Positions 48,099 to 61,220 of a stretch of DNA of 64,000 nucleotides are shown here, one piece after another. The stretch lies in the NCBI GenBank assembly GCA_028534125.1, contig CM052821.1, forward strand, positions 46,314,001-46,378,000, given 5' to 3'. This DNA comes from Lama glama. Its lineage: Eukaryota. The notes beneath the pieces were generated by a model, which had not been told where the DNA came from, searched no databases, and saw only the letters and a list, made by a program, of their open reading frames with translations. The translations under genes and the position numbers were made by a program. Each line of letters starts with the position of its first letter. Positions within the stretch are counted from its first letter, which is position 1.

Positions 48099-50145
48099 GG
48101 TGGTGGTTTTAAATATATCCCCAAATGCTTGAATTCTCTTTGTGCAAACAGGTAGAGTCTAATCTCCCTCCCACTGAATGATTCATTTTAATGATTTAAT
48201 TCTGATGAACAGAATGTGACAGAAGTGATGCTATATGACTTCTGAATTCAGGTGATAAAAAAGGATACAACCTCTGGCTGGTTCATTCTCTAACTGCCTA
48301 GTTCATTCATAGTCTCTCTCTCTCTCTCTCTCTCTCTCATTGTTTACTCATTCGTCATGAAGATACTCAAGATACACTGTGGATAAGCCTCCAGTGAGGC
48401 AAAATAAAGCCACTGGCCTACAGCAGCCACCCACTTGCCAGCTAGGTCAGTGTATCTTAAAAGTCAATTATCCAGTCTCCTCAAAAAACAGTGTTGGAAA
48501 AACTGGATGACCACATGCAGAAATATGAAATTAGATCCTGATCTTACACTCCTCAAAAAAATTAATTCAAAATGGATTAAGGATTTATATAATAAAACTG
48601 AAACTGTAAAACTCCTAGAAGAAAACATGGGAAAAGCTTCTTGACACTGGTCTTGGCAAAGGTTTTTCTGGACATGACACCAAAAATATAGGCAACAGAA
48701 GCAAAAAATAAATGGAGGGGACTCTNNNNNNNNNNNNNNNNNNNNNNNNNNNNNNNNNNNNNNNNNNNNNNNNNNNNNNNNNNNNNNNNNNNNNNNNNNN
48801 NNNNNNNNNNNNNNNNNNNNNNNNNNNNNNNNNNNNNNNNNNNNNNNNNNNNNNNNNNNNNNNNNNNNATAGCAAAACAAAACAAAACAAAGCAAAAAGT
48901 CTGATTAAACAATGGGCAGAGGACTGAATAGACATTTTTCCAAAGCAGACATCTAAGGTACATGAAAACTACCGAACATCTCTAATCGTCAGGGAAATGC
49001 AAATGAAAACCACAGTGAGATACCACCTCATACCTCTCAGAATGGCTATTATAAAAAGGATAAGAGACAGTAAGTGTTGGCAAGAATGCAGATAAAAGGG
49101 AACCCTTGTGCATTGTTGGTGGGCATACAAATTGGTGCAGCTGCTAAAAAACAGTATGGAGGTTCCTCACAAAATTAACAGTAGAANNNNNNNNNNNNNN
49201 NNNNNNNNNNNNNNNNNNNNNNNNNNNNNNNNNNNNNNNNNNNNNNNNNNNNNNNNNNNNNNNNNNNNNNNNNNNNNNNNNNNNNNNNNNNNNNNNNNNN
49301 NNNNNNNNNNNNNNNNNNNNNNNNNCGTTGATGGATGAATGGATAAAAAATATGTCACACACACACACACAGGGCTGTTATTCAGCCATAAAAAGAGGGA
49401 AATCTTGCCATTTGTGACAATACAGATGGACCCTGAAGGCATTACGCTAAGAAAGTCAGAACGAGAAAGACAAATACTGTATAGTAGTGCTTACATATGG
49501 AATCTGAAAAAAGCCAAACTCATAGAAACAGAGAGTAGAATGGTGTTAACCAGGGGCTGGAAGGCGGGGGAAATAGGGAGACATTGGTCAAAAGGTATAA
49601 ACTTCCTGTTATAAGAATGAATGAATAAGTTCTGAGGATCTAACATACAGCATGGTGATTACATAGTTAATAATACAGCCTTATATATTGGAAAATTGCT
49701 GAGAGAGTAAACCTTAAATGCTGTCACCACAAAAAGAAATGGTAATAACATGACAAAATGGACGTATTACCTGACACTATGGTGGTGATCATTTCCCAAT
49801 ATATAAGTGCACTAAATCAACATGTTGTAGACCTTAAACTTACACAATGCTGTAAGTCAATTATATCTCAATGAAGCTGACAACAAAACAAACAAAAACC
49901 AAAATACAAACACCATTACACAGTATCATTTTTATGTGAAAAAAGTCAATTATCCAGCCCAAGATGACATATGACTGCAACTGCATGAGAGGTGCCACAA
50001 GAGAATGATCTAGCTGAGCCCTTCCTGAATTTCTATCTAATGGAAATCTTATGACCTAATAAAGTGACTTGTTTGAATTCTAAACTTCACTGTTAGAACA
50101 CTAAATTTTACTATAGTTTGTTATGCATGACTAGATAACTATACA
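48099..50145 (+). mobile_element. MaLR solo LTR (MLT1F-like) split by L1; contains (CT)n at ~48313-48338
   Basis: gtggtggttttaaatat...ggtagagtctaatctccctccc...agaatgtgacagaagtgatgctatatgacttctga; resumes gactgcaactgcatgagag...gtttgttatgcatgactagataactataca. Confidence 0.8.
48476..49940 (+). mobile_element. 5'-truncated L1 (L1MA-type; ORF2 3' part plus 3' UTR), two N-runs
   Basis: [34 protein letters not shown]2 remnant; 3' UTR to tatctcaatgaagct; perfect 17-bp TSD aaaagtcaattatccag (48459-48475 / 49941-49957) at tt|aaaa. Confidence 0.95.
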
Positions 50146-51709
50146 GGCTCCAAAAAGTACAACAAAGAACAAGAAAAGTGTCAAAAATGACTGAGCGTAT
50201 TTGAAAAGGAACCAAGTAAAAGGGGCAGAAGTGAAAAGTGACTGACAGCTGACTTGTCAGCAGACACAATGTAAGCGCTAGGAGAGTGGAATAATGTCTT
50301 TGATGTGCTGAGAGGAAGTAACTGTCAACCAGGACTGTAGATCCAGTGAAGACACCTCTCAGGGTGGCAAAATAAAGACTTTTTCCCAGAGAATCAAAGC
50401 CAGATTTTACCAGTAGCAGACACTCACTACAGGAAATTTTAAAAGATATATTTCGGGAAGAAGGAAAATGATCCCAGAAGGAAAAGTCTGAAATGTGAGA
50501 AAGAACAGTCAGAAAAGAGGCAATTTACAGATAAAAACATACCAAGCGAAAATCAACAATGCTGTGTAATGAATGAAAACAGAACCAAAACAAAGTAAGC
50601 AAGCATATTGTAAATAACAGGCACATAATTCAGGAGGAGGTGATGGTGGATAAAGCATTCTAAAGTTCTCACACTGTTTAGGAGAAGGAAGATGCTCATT
50701 TCAAACTTTAAGTTAAATACTCAGGTTAAGATCCCTAGTATGTAACTTTCAACCTAGAAGAGGTTAAAATTGGGATGAGACATAGAAACCCAAAATCAAT
50801 CCACAGGAGGTAAGAAAGGAGAAATGAGGAACTTTGGGACAAACACGAAGCACAAAATCAAATGGCACAACTAACACCAACTGTACTGGTAACAGCCATC
50901 TAGATAAATAAACCAGACTTCCTGGGAGAAAGACAGATATTTATACAGAATTGTTTTTTTTAAAAATCCAGCTACATGTCATTTAAAAGAAAGAATATTG
51001 AAAATAAAAAGACGAAAAAACAACTAAAAGGCAAATACGAAACATGGCAATTAATTAACATTCCAAGGTAAAAGACATTACTAGAGGTGGTCTCTACATT
51101 ATGAAAAAAACTGAAGTCTACCAATGAATTATTAGAGTCAATAAGATTAGTATGTTTAGTAGGTTTCTGGATGACAAAAGTTAATTGCCTTTTCATATAC
51201 CAGGAATAAGTAAAAAAATACACTAAAATATCATTTGCAATGTCAATAAAATATATCAGGTACCAGAAATACATCTAACAAAAGATGTGTGAGACTTTTA
51301 TGGGGAACATTGTAAAATGTTATTGGAAGATACTAAAGAAGAGCAAACCAAAAGAATAACAAATCATGCTTATAGATAAGAAGACTCATTATCATAAAGA
51401 TAACAATTCTCATCAAAGTGATTTATGGATATAGAGTCAATAAAATTCCAATCTAAATCTCAACACGTGTGTGTGCACATACATGCATAGAACGTGACAA
51501 ACTTACTCTAAAATGTGTATTTTGGGGAATACAAGACTTATAATTCATTGTGCTATATACTTACATATACTGTATTTCTGTTATAGTTCAATTTTTTTAA
51601 GTTTTTAAAAAGGGAGGAGAACAGGTGAGGGGACCAGCACGATCAGCGATGTAGATTTATTAGAAAGCGATAATAATATAAAGATAATGTGGTACTGACC
51701 AAGGGGTAT

Positions 51710-51985
51710 GTGCACTCATTCAGCTTAAATGCCTCCTCCTCAGAGAAGCCTTCCTCCATGGCCCTCTCTCCAAATTAGCCCCCAGATTCTTATTCTCTGA
51801 TTCTCAGTCTCTTATGTTCCCTTCTCAGCACCCATCATGTCTCGTTCTTCTCTCGCCTGCTCTCTTTCCTCTCTCTTCCACACTCGGACAGGAGTTTTTT
51901 AGGGGAGGCCATGAGTTATTATGTATCCAGAGCCCAGTAGTGTCTGGAATATAGTAAGTGCTCAATAAATATTTGTTGAAGGAAA
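51710..51985 (+). mobile_element. L2 3' end
   Basis: cagcttaaatgcctcctcctcagagaagccttcc...atagtaagtgctcaataaatatttgttgaa. Confidence 0.85.
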
Positions 51986-53534
51986 AAAAAAAAGAAAGCT
52001 TGGATTAAAACTGAAGGTATTCCCTAGATGAACCATGAACTTAACTATGATCCCAGATGTTTCTCCTTTCCTCATTTAAATACCTGCTTTCCCAAGGAAA
52101 GAACACTTCCATGTAACAAAAGGGCAGCAGAACCACCAGCCCTCGCCTCGCTCTCCCCTGATTTTCCTCTGTTCTCCCCACTCTGCTACACACAGACCTT
52201 TAGAGGTCATTCTCTCACCCTGATCCTATTTTTTCATCACTTCTAAAGGAATGATATTATTGTTTCAATGGTCTCTTCCATGCTCCAAGGGGCAGGTGCC
52301 AACTCAAAGGAAAAGCCTGGAGTCACCCTCCCTTCCTTCAGCCACCCTTCTTTGCCCACTGACCCTGTGGCTGTCTCTGAATCTGTACAAATTGTGACAC
52401 TCAGCTCAATGTGCTCAGTACTGAGATGATGCTCAGAGGGAAAGAATAATTCAAAGGAAACTGCTGGCACATAGCAACCTGGTGATTATTAGAAAAAGTC
52501 CTCTAATCTCATCCACCATTTTCCTAATTAACTAGTCCCTTTTCCCCTTAACTGATGCATTTTCCTTTTTTAAATTTTAATTTATTACAGCTCATTCATA
52601 AAGAGGCAGAATCCAAAGAGAAGGCCTTCTGAGTTTTGTTCAAAGGTGTCAAGTTTAAAAGCAAATAAGGTGAAGGATTAACAGAAGGTTCAAGTTTCAT
52701 TAAGTAGATGTGTTGATGTTACCGGAAAGTAAAGTACAGAGGGCCAAGCCTTTCCATCCTTGGGAACACAGCGCCGCCCGTAATGAATTCTGCACAGCAT
52801 CGCTTTCAACTGTGTGATATTTCATTCATTGATTTTATTGTCAAACGAAAAGGCACTGGTTCCAAGTGGCATTTAGTGAGACAGACGGGGAGTGACCCAG
52901 ACTTCATTACTTGGTGCTCGCTCTCTGGGTAATTTTAATGCTACGTGGGCAGAAAGTAACAGAAAAGCAGGGTGCTCTGGTTCCAACATCTGGAACGGCT
53001 CCGGTTGAATTCCAAGCTGCCAAAAGCCTCACTCTCCAGGTCCAGCTGTCTGTGCAGACTGGCATAGCTCAGCCTAGCCTCTCTTGTGTCGTGGTGAGGC
53101 TCTGACGGGAGACCCCACATGCAGCCCATCTTACCAGCTGTAGCAAAAGGTGAGGAATCTGACAATAATACCTGGGAAGCATCCTGTCGAATGGAATTAG
53201 CCCGATTCCTGAAGCGTGGAGATGCTGATGACTGCACCAAACACAGGACCGCAGTCTGGGCTTTGATCCTGTCACCCTCAGCAGAAAGGTCCTCTTTGCT
53301 GAGGACTTAGCTACTCACTCCTATCAAACCTCTTCCGAGTTTCAGTCCCATGTCACCAACGCCAATCCAGACACCCCACTAGGCTGCTACTCAAATTTCA
53401 ACATACCAAGAACCCAAACTCCTAACTTTTCTAACACGGTCAACAGTCTTAGGCAACACTTGTGGGGCCTTGAACTCAATGGATTATCAAATTCTGATCA
53501 ATAATCCCTTTGCGAAAAAGAAAGACAAAAAGCC

Positions 53535-53760
53535 GTAACATTGACTGATTATTTCCTAGAAACAGGCGCTCTGTGCACATTATCTGTTTTATTTCTCCCA
53601 CTAGCTCTCTGGGGTACAGATCCTAACCCCCATTTTTAAGGGTGAGGAAACTGAGGTTGAGAGCTGAAGCTACTTGTCTGGGGGCAGACGGCTAGAAAGC
53701 GGTGGAGCCAGGATTCAAACTCAGGCTTGTGACACCATAAAGCTCAGTTCTTTCTATTAC
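53535..53760 (-). mobile_element. MIR SINE
   Basis: cccatttttaagggtgaggaaactgaggt...ggagccaggattcaaactcagg. Confidence 0.8.
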
Positions 53761-54559
53761 CCAAAGCTACCTCCTGAAGCATCTCATGGAGTCTCACTTC
53801 TTCTCATCTTCCCGAGTGATGGCCTGTGAGCCCAGATCGCCATCCAGACCTGCCTCCGACTGGACCCTTTCTCCAGCTCACACTACTGCCAGATCGCTCT
53901 TCCTGTAATACCACGTTCACCGTTTATCACTCATTTGCGAGTTCCCTTAATTAGAAAGCCCAATATTTCACTGGGCTTGAAAAGGAAGACAGGTTCTCTC
54001 TTGCTGACAGCTTCCAGCCTAAACGCCTTGGCTTGGCTTCCACCTGCCGATACAACCTTCAAGGGAACGCCTACTCTGTCTGAGGCATGTGTGTTCCAGG
54101 TCCTGGGACTATACACCTGAACAGACAGTCTCTGACCTTAAAGACCTCAGAATCTCCTGCTTTTGTTCCAAGTTCCCCTCCTTGTCAATACATGCAAGTG
54201 CTTGGTCTCAGCTCCCTTTGGGCATCCCCTCCCTCACCACCCAGGAAGAGCCCCCCTCTCCCCTCCAAAATCTTCCCCATGTTTCCAGGTCTAGTTTGAG
54301 TTTCACTTCTTCCGTAAGGGGGAGCAGGCCCTTCCACTCCCCCCCCCACAAGGTACATCCCACACACCTAATATGCAATGTAGATTCGGTTCCACAAATA
54401 CCCACTGTGTACAAAGCAGTGCAGTGTTGTGGCAACAACGCTGGGGGATATGAGTCAGTGATTTTCTGGCTGGTGGGACCTTGGCCAAGTCACCCCCTCA
54501 CACTGAGCCTCAGATCACACTGTGAAACAGGGACAGTAGCAGGTGGTTGTGAGGACTGT

Positions 54560-54980
54560 ACCGTCAGCCTGTCTACGTGGGCTCTGTGTCTAGGGATTTA
54601 ACCAACCTCAGAAAATCTCTCCCCGCCCCACCAAGTTCCAGAAAGTTCTAAAGGGCAAAATTTGAATTTGCCANNNNNNNNNNNNNNNNNNNNNNNNNNN
54701 NNNNNNNNNNNNNNNNNNNNNNNNNNNNNNNNNNNNNNNNNNNNNNNNNNNNNNNNNNNNNNNNNNNNNNNNNNNNNNNNNNNNNNNNNNNNNNNNNNNN
54801 NNNNNNNNNNNNNNNNNNNNNNNNNNNNNNNNNNNNNNNNNNNNNNNNNNNNNNNNNNNNNNNNNNNNAATGTTTCTACAAGTGACTTATAAATGTGATG
54901 AGATTCAACATCTGAGTCTTTCTTCTCGCAACGAGACATGGATTTTGGAAAGTCCAAAAGCAATCCCATCAATATGAAAA
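54560..54980. mobile_element. TcMar-Tigger MER2B-like element, middle masked by N
   Basis: ggatttaaccaacc...agaaagttctaaagggcaaaatttgaatttgcc and catggattttgg...caatccc. Confidence 0.65.
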
Positions 54981-55709
54981 CAATAATAATGATTGTATTT
55001 TATTATTTTATGTTATTATCATTGTCACTGCTGTTGCTTCTAGAACAATACAAAGCACCTGCTCACATTCTCAATGAGTTTCTTCAATAATTTCTTCCAG
55101 GTCTCTTTTTCTCTAATTTCAAGTGCCTTATCCATCTCATTTCCCATCACTGAGTCTCACTCAGAAAAAATTGCCAATACGTAACCTATTGAATAACTGG
55201 GCTGAGAGTAAACACAGGACCACTCAGGAAACTCTTCCACTCCAGCAGGTATGGGTCTTCGCTCCTTCCCTCCCTCCCGTCGCCAGGCCAGAGGACAAAA
55301 AGAGGCTGAAGCCACTGGGCTGATTCTATGGTCCCCAGAAGAGAAGTGGAGGCTCAGCTGTGAGCCCAGAGAAGGCATCGGGGAAGATCCACCCCACCTA
55401 TCAGCTGCAGCTGGAGGCGAGCAGACACTCCCGGCTTCATGCCACGGGTCATTTCACAGCTGATCCTTTCAGGTGACTTTACATGTCCGAGCGTTCCTTA
55501 AACTGCTTGGAGACAAAGTTGGGAGCTGGTGGCGAGCTTTTCCAAGCATTCTCTCGGGTGTTGTACACAATGAAAATTTCAACACTTTGTACTTGATGAA
55601 GGAGGGGAAAAAAAAGAACAAGGAGAAGAGAAAAGAACAGCAGAAGGGTCCAGCTGTACTTTATCTCTTCTTAAATATTTATTTCTTCTCAAATGTTTGC
55701 TATGACTGA

Positions 55710-56355
55710 AGGATGCTATTGGCTAAATGGAGAAGGCGAAGTCGCGGGATGATCAATATTCTGCAGTCCATGGGGCAATTCCACACGACAAAGAATTGTC
55801 TCCCACCTCTTAGGGCTCTCAAGTACCTCATGAGATACTCACTTGAGTGAAAAGGATGCCAATAATCACCTGTATATAAAATCTAAGTCATAGTCTACAT
55901 CCGAACTCCAAACATATGTTTCTGCAAATGGTCACATATGCTGAATTTTCTGGCAATGCACTGCTGTGCGAATGCAGGGAAGACAGTACTCTGTTTTGTT
56001 TGGAATTTTACCAAGAGTCGTCCATCGTTTAGTGGAATAATGACAACAGCAGCCAAGCCGCTTGGAATACGTGAGCCACCGATACAACCACACCGGTTTC
56101 TGTCTGCACGGGCGACAATCACACGCACGGGAATTCGCCCTGCGGATGCTCGCCTGGGATGCCCCCAGCACTGCTCGGGTGGCCAGTCCGAGCACTAGGG
56201 TGACTAACTGTCCTGAGGGGATTCCCGGATGTAGGGCTTCTATGCAAAGCTGGGAAAGTTCCAGGCAAAGTGGGATGAGCTGGACACCCTGGTAACATGA
56301 ACCCACTAAAATATACTGTGGTTTCAAACTCATACCACCTATTTTTCTTTATACC
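55710..56355 (+). mobile_element. hAT-Charlie MER20B-like element
   Basis: ggatgctattggc...aaagaattgtc, ctgaattttctggcaatgcac...agggaagacagtactctgttttgtttggaattttaccaagagt...gatacaaccacacc. Confidence 0.75.
56196..56291 (+). mobile_element. hAT-Blackjack MITE (MER94/MER81-like) nested in MER20B
   Basis: TIRs tagggtgac...gacaccctg; internal ctgggaaagttccaggcaaa. Confidence 0.75.
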
Positions 56356-57489
56356 CCTAAACCCACAGTGCCTGGCACACGAGAAGTACTGAAAAAATAT
56401 TATTCCGTGAATGGGAGGCGAGGGAGAAAAGAAAAAAAGAAGAGGCATCTTCTCATAGTTACACACATGTTACCCCATATTCATGCTCCTTTCTTGAAAT
56501 GTGTGGCTGATACCAAGGCACACCTTCCCATCACCCTACAATTTGAAGACATCCCATATTTTTACTATTTTCCACAAAGTAGCACCCCAGCACATCTTCG
56601 CGGGGGGCGAGTAGGTTGGCCAGGCTTCCGCAAAGGAATCCTAGTACGACAGCATCACAGACTTTCACGGGAACCTCAACGCCATGAAATCTGAATAATC
56701 GTTTTTACCCAAAGGGCCTCAGATGTGTATTTTTGGCCATCGTGTTTAGCCTGATGTTTAAAAGGTAATGTCACTCCACAGGTGACACCCTTTGTTACGA
56801 TTCCCGAGACATAACAGCTACCGACTCGCCGTTGGAAACCTTTGTGTAGTGACATGGCCTCCCTTCTGCCTGTATGTGTATGAATCTGAGAGCACGCTCT
56901 ACGACGTGGAGACACAAATATCTTCTGCGTTTTTGATAAGTGACCCTGAGTCTCCCCTTGAGCATCTGCTTTGAGATAATAAGCAGTAACTAGAAAACAG
57001 TCCTCTGTTAGATTGAGTTGTGGTTACGAGAGGAAGTCAACCACAGCTTATAGGAGAGGAAGGTGTGCAGAACAGGAGCAGGATGCTGCGGGTGAGCTGA
57101 TGTCCCCAGGGGAAACTCAGCTGTCAGCAAGACGCAACAGCTCCTGCACCCAAAACACAGCTGCTCACTTGCAAGCTCGAAGCAATTCTGTTCAAGGGAG
57201 AACTGGATGAAAAAGCAGACAGACAAATGGGAGCGAGAAGCCAGGGACATCTGTTTCTGAAAGTAACTTTGGGACTTACCGAGACCTCACGCCCTCTAAT
57301 GCAAGCCACGCCTCTCTTTGTAAGCACCCACCTTTGGGAACCATAAAGCGTTTGACCAGTAGGAGCAGAAGATCTGAATTCTGGGATTGGGAATGGTAAA
57401 GTCGACTCACTGGAACAGAGCTCTGGGATGTAAAACAGTGCTGTTAGAAGTTTGCTCTGAAATCTTGCCCAATCCAAAATTGAAGGTGG

Positions 57490-57730
57490 GGACTGGAGCT
57501 GGACCACCAGGGTTCAAATTCCTATTTCATCCCTTCCTTCTTCCGTCACCTGACCGGTCAAGGCCAAGTTGCATACTTCAAAACTGGCTGCCTCATTTGT
57601 TTCGTAAGGATGGTAATAACAGAATTTACATTATAGAGATTGCTCTGAACACCAATCAAGGAGATAAAAATGTTTAGTCCGGTTCCTGGTCCATTCTGGA
57701 TACTGAGTATCAGCTACCCATTATTATTAT
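57490..57730 (+). mobile_element. MIR SINE
   Basis: ctggagctggaccaccagggttcaaattcc...ggatggtaataacag...ttattattatt. Confidence 0.65.
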
Positions 57731-58083
57731 TTTTTTACAACTTTATTAAGATATAATTACACAACTGAACAATTAGCCATTCTTTGAAATCCCATTTCTG
57801 TCACCCATACACCGTCTAGAACCCACAGCTTGAATAGGTGCTATTAGAGAATGTTTTCACTTAAACAAGGTCATCATTTCATGCCTGTTCTGCACCATAC
57901 CTTCACCCCCAGGGAAAAACTGGGTAGTAATTATGCAGACCCAAATTCACGGCAAGGTCCTGAACAAAAAGGGGCAGAATCAGAGACTAAAATGGCGGTA
58001 TCAGGGCACGGACAACACACAGGATTTCCCTCATCAAGCTTCAGTGACATTGCTCAGAAATGCATCATGGTGTGCCACCCTGC

Positions 58084-58504
58084 TGTTAGGGACTAGCGTT
58101 TGCATCCTTCCAAAACTCGTTTTTTGAAGCCCTTACGGCAGTGTGAGGGGTTTCAGAGATGGGGGCTTTGGGAGGCAATTAGGATTAGATGAAGTTATGA
58201 GGGCAGGCCCTGCTCTGATGGGGTTAGTGCTTTTATAATAATCTTATATGAGACACCAGAGAGCGTGTTCCCTGCTCCCATCCCACTGCATCCCCCACCC
58301 CCTACTGTGCATACGAAGAAGAGGTCACGGGAGCCCAGAGTAATCCTGTGACCATCCACAAAGCCAAGAGAAGAGGTGTCATAAGAAACCTGCCTCGCTG
58401 GCACTTTCATCCTGGACTTCCCAGCCTCCAGAACTGTGAGAAAATAAATATTTAAGCCACCTGGTCTACGGTATTTTGTTAGGCAGCCGGAGCAGACCAA
58501 CACA
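58084..58504 (+). mobile_element. MaLR solo LTR (MLT1A-like)
   Basis: TG...CA ends; ggggctttgggaggcaattaggattagatga; tggacttcccagcctccagaactgtgagaaaataaa; perfect 5-bp TSD cctgc (58079-58083 / 58505-58509). Confidence 0.93.
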
Positions 58505-59814
58505 CCTGCTACTCCTCAGCTTCGCTTGCTTGAAACGAAGGCCAGTAAGGAGGGGCTCGCGGCTGCCCAGGACACAGGGAACAATTTCCTGTCTTATGGG
58601 CCTGTCACAAGCTCTCTTTTCTTGGGTCTCGTAGAAATAACTTTCCTGGAAAAAGTTTTCAAAGAGATGAAAAAGAAGCGCTAAGAGCTTTGCTGTGACT
58701 TTCAGTTTTCAAAGTGCCACCGGTGCCAGGGGAACGCTGTTAGGAGTACCCTTAGAAAAAGCCCCACCTGGGGCTGGAGAAATCCTGACACTTGAGTGTA
58801 TAGATTCTTCCTTCTTAATACGAATCAGGAGGGGATCAAAGGACTGTAATTATGACACTTAAGCAGAAGTCAGGCAAGACCAATGGGTCCCTTCCAAGAA
58901 AGCATTTACTTGTCAGTTGTAAGGAAAGGGGACTTTTTGCAATCTCCCAAGGGCCCTTTGTTGGAAGTTTCTATTTGATAATTACACCATCTAAAGATTC
59001 TTTGTCAAAAATCTCTCTTTATTTAGAAACCATGCAGGCTTGCTCTTTTGGTTCAACAAAAGATTGGGGAAAATTGTGCCCATCAGTCTCCCCGGTAAGG
59101 TTAAAAAAAAAAGCTGTTTATCCTCACTGGACCTTATTTCATGTCCAAGAAAAATCACAGAAGAGCTCAGAACATCCTCCCAGAAGCCAGTCCTCAGTCA
59201 GGCACAACTCCCCCAGCCACGGACCCACATCACCATCCCCACTCTCGAAAGCTCAGTGAGACCCTCCAGCCCTGGGGCTCAGCTGAATAAGCCCCCCTTT
59301 AAGCAATGGACTAGAAGCAGTAGGGCTATGACCTAGGTATTGCTAAGAATTGCAGTAAATCCGTAATAAATGGAAAATTCAAGCCTTGACCACCACTTGT
59401 CTCTTGAAGTTTTGCACAGTCCATTTTATAGCAATAACAGTCCAAATGCCCAGAGAAAGGATCCCACATTGCCAGAGTCTAAATTACTCACCCTCTGCCT
59501 CCCCTAAATCTCTTTCTCCACTTCTCTAACACCCAGCATTTCCATTCCTGCACCTGAGTCACAGGTCCTGTGACTTCTGTTTCCTGGAACCCCTCTTGTA
59601 AGTCTATGACCATTTCTTCTACCTTCTTTGGGGTCAAGGTCAAGGCTCATTTCACTCACCCACTCACACCTTAATTAAATTCTAACTATGACAAGTCAGT
59701 GGGCACTGGGAAGAGGGCAAGGAAACTGACCTCTCTTTACAGTCCGGAGAGAGGCGAGAGCATGGACCACAGGTGTCGTTCTTGGAGCAGCAGCTTCATC
59801 AGAAGCTGGTTAAA

Positions 59815-60000
59815 TAACACTTCCCAAACTGGCTTCCACGGGACACCAGTGCCACAAGGCACCGTGTGTTTGTCTACACCTGCTGCAATTTCTTCTTCGA
59901 GTGTCACAATTCATGGAGGTGCACTGAAGGCACGGAAGAGCTCCCTCCTTCAACCTGTTTAACCCAGCATCCCCCCAAGGCATTTAACCACCGACACCTA
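59815..60000 (+). mobile_element. hAT-Charlie relic (MER112-like)
   Basis: ttcccaaactggcttccacgggacaccagt...aacctgtttaacccagcat. Confidence 0.45.
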
Positions 60001-60149
60001 TTAACATCTTGTGTTCAGCAGAAGTCTGGGACACGGCGCTGCATTACAAAGCAGGATGGAACGACTGCTGGGAGAGGACGTCAAACAAAGTGCCAAAGGG
60101 TCCCCTCCCCTCCAGGCTGCTTTCCTAATGGCAGAAGGATGAAGACGTC

Positions 60150-60335
60150 AGACAGTTCTGTTTGGGAACTCGGTTTAGCAGGTCGATACCTGCGACCTTG
60201 GCCAAGCCAATTAACCTCTCTGAACCACAATTTCGTCATCTGTGAAAACAACCATCTAGTTGTCAGAGGATTCTGTGAAAATTAAGTGAGATAGTGCATA
60301 GAATCCTCTGGTACGATGCCTGGGAGGGATCTACC
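60150..60335 (+). mobile_element. MIR SINE
   Basis: gcgaccttggccaagccaattaacctctctgaaccacaatttcgtcatctgtgaaa...tgtgaaaattaagtgagat. Confidence 0.75.
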
Positions 60336-60889
60336 ATGCATCAGTGGGTTTGTTTCTTCCTCTTTTTATTTCATGGGATTCCTGGAATAGGGACAGTCTG
60401 TGTCACTGACTTGGCACTTAAAAGTGTGAGTGAGTATCGCTGGCCATCTTCTCCTGGGAATGCTCCTTGCGGCTTAAACCTTGGGTGTCCTGAGATTTAC
60501 ATCTTTCATTTAACCCCCAGGGTGGAGCAAGTGGCTCAACGTGTGGTTGACATCAAGGATTTTACCAATTTCTTCAAGGAGCCTTACTATCTGCATGCTG
60601 ACATGCAAGGTCAGCAGTGATTTCCTCTGGGAAACTTAACTATTCCTCAGTCTGCTTTTGGCAGCATGGTGACATCTCTTGACTTATTTATGTGCCTAAT
60701 TTCTGAACAATGAACACACCTTTTCTCCCAGAGCAGATGAGCTACCACAGCAGGAATTAGATAATGGCAGGTGCCTCTGTGGTCAGGAAAGAGGTGACCT
60801 GCAGCTGGCGGGGGATGCTCCCACGTGCCCTCCTTGGTGCCCTGCAGTTGTGCCTGGCACAGCACTTACGACAGCTCTGACCTCGTCTC

Positions 60890-61220
60890 ATTTCCCCACC
60901 AGCCTCTATGCTCTTTCAGAATAGAAGTAGGGTCTTGGTTTATGGGTGTCCTCCCCTGCCCAGCACAGCCCCTGGCCCCTGATGAACACTCAGTAAATGG
61001 TAGATGGATGGAAGGAAGGAAGGATGGGAAAAAAGGAGAAAGGAAAAGAAGGAACGAGGGAATGAACTGCCCTCAATGCTCCTGGAACATAAACTCCGTA
61101 AAAACAGCGCCTTTGTCTATTGTTAGCAGCTTCTGTGTCCAATGGGACTAGAACAGTGCCTGGCACTTAAAAGAACTAAGTAAATATTTGTTGAATGAGG
61201 AGATGAATGACTGAATAAAT
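60890..61220 (+). mobile_element. Two tandem L2 3' ends
   Basis: cagcacagcccctggc..cactcagtaaatggtagatggatgg; ctagaacagtgcctggcac..taaatatttgttgaatga. Confidence 0.7.

Larger units (their letters stand above)
47280..51700 (+). mobile_element. Ancient fragmented L1 (L1ME/L1M4-type; 5' region, ORF1 end, ORF2 pieces) hosting nested elements
   Basis: ORF1-end remnant gacttgtcagcagacacaatg...gtggaataatgtctttgatgtgctgag...aactgtcaacc...aaaataaagactttttccc (~50250-50390); ORF2 remnants atctaacaaaagatgtgtgagacttt, aaaattccaatc. Confidence 0.7.

Noticed and set aside
48435-49340. Functional L1 ORF2
   Set aside because: 5'-truncated, with stops and frameshifts; only short remnants translate.
57274-57420. 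Strong minus-strand donor-like sites (CG|GTAAGT at ~57279, CA|GTGAGT at ~57410)
   Set aside because: No convincing paired acceptor and no LARGE1-like reading frame.
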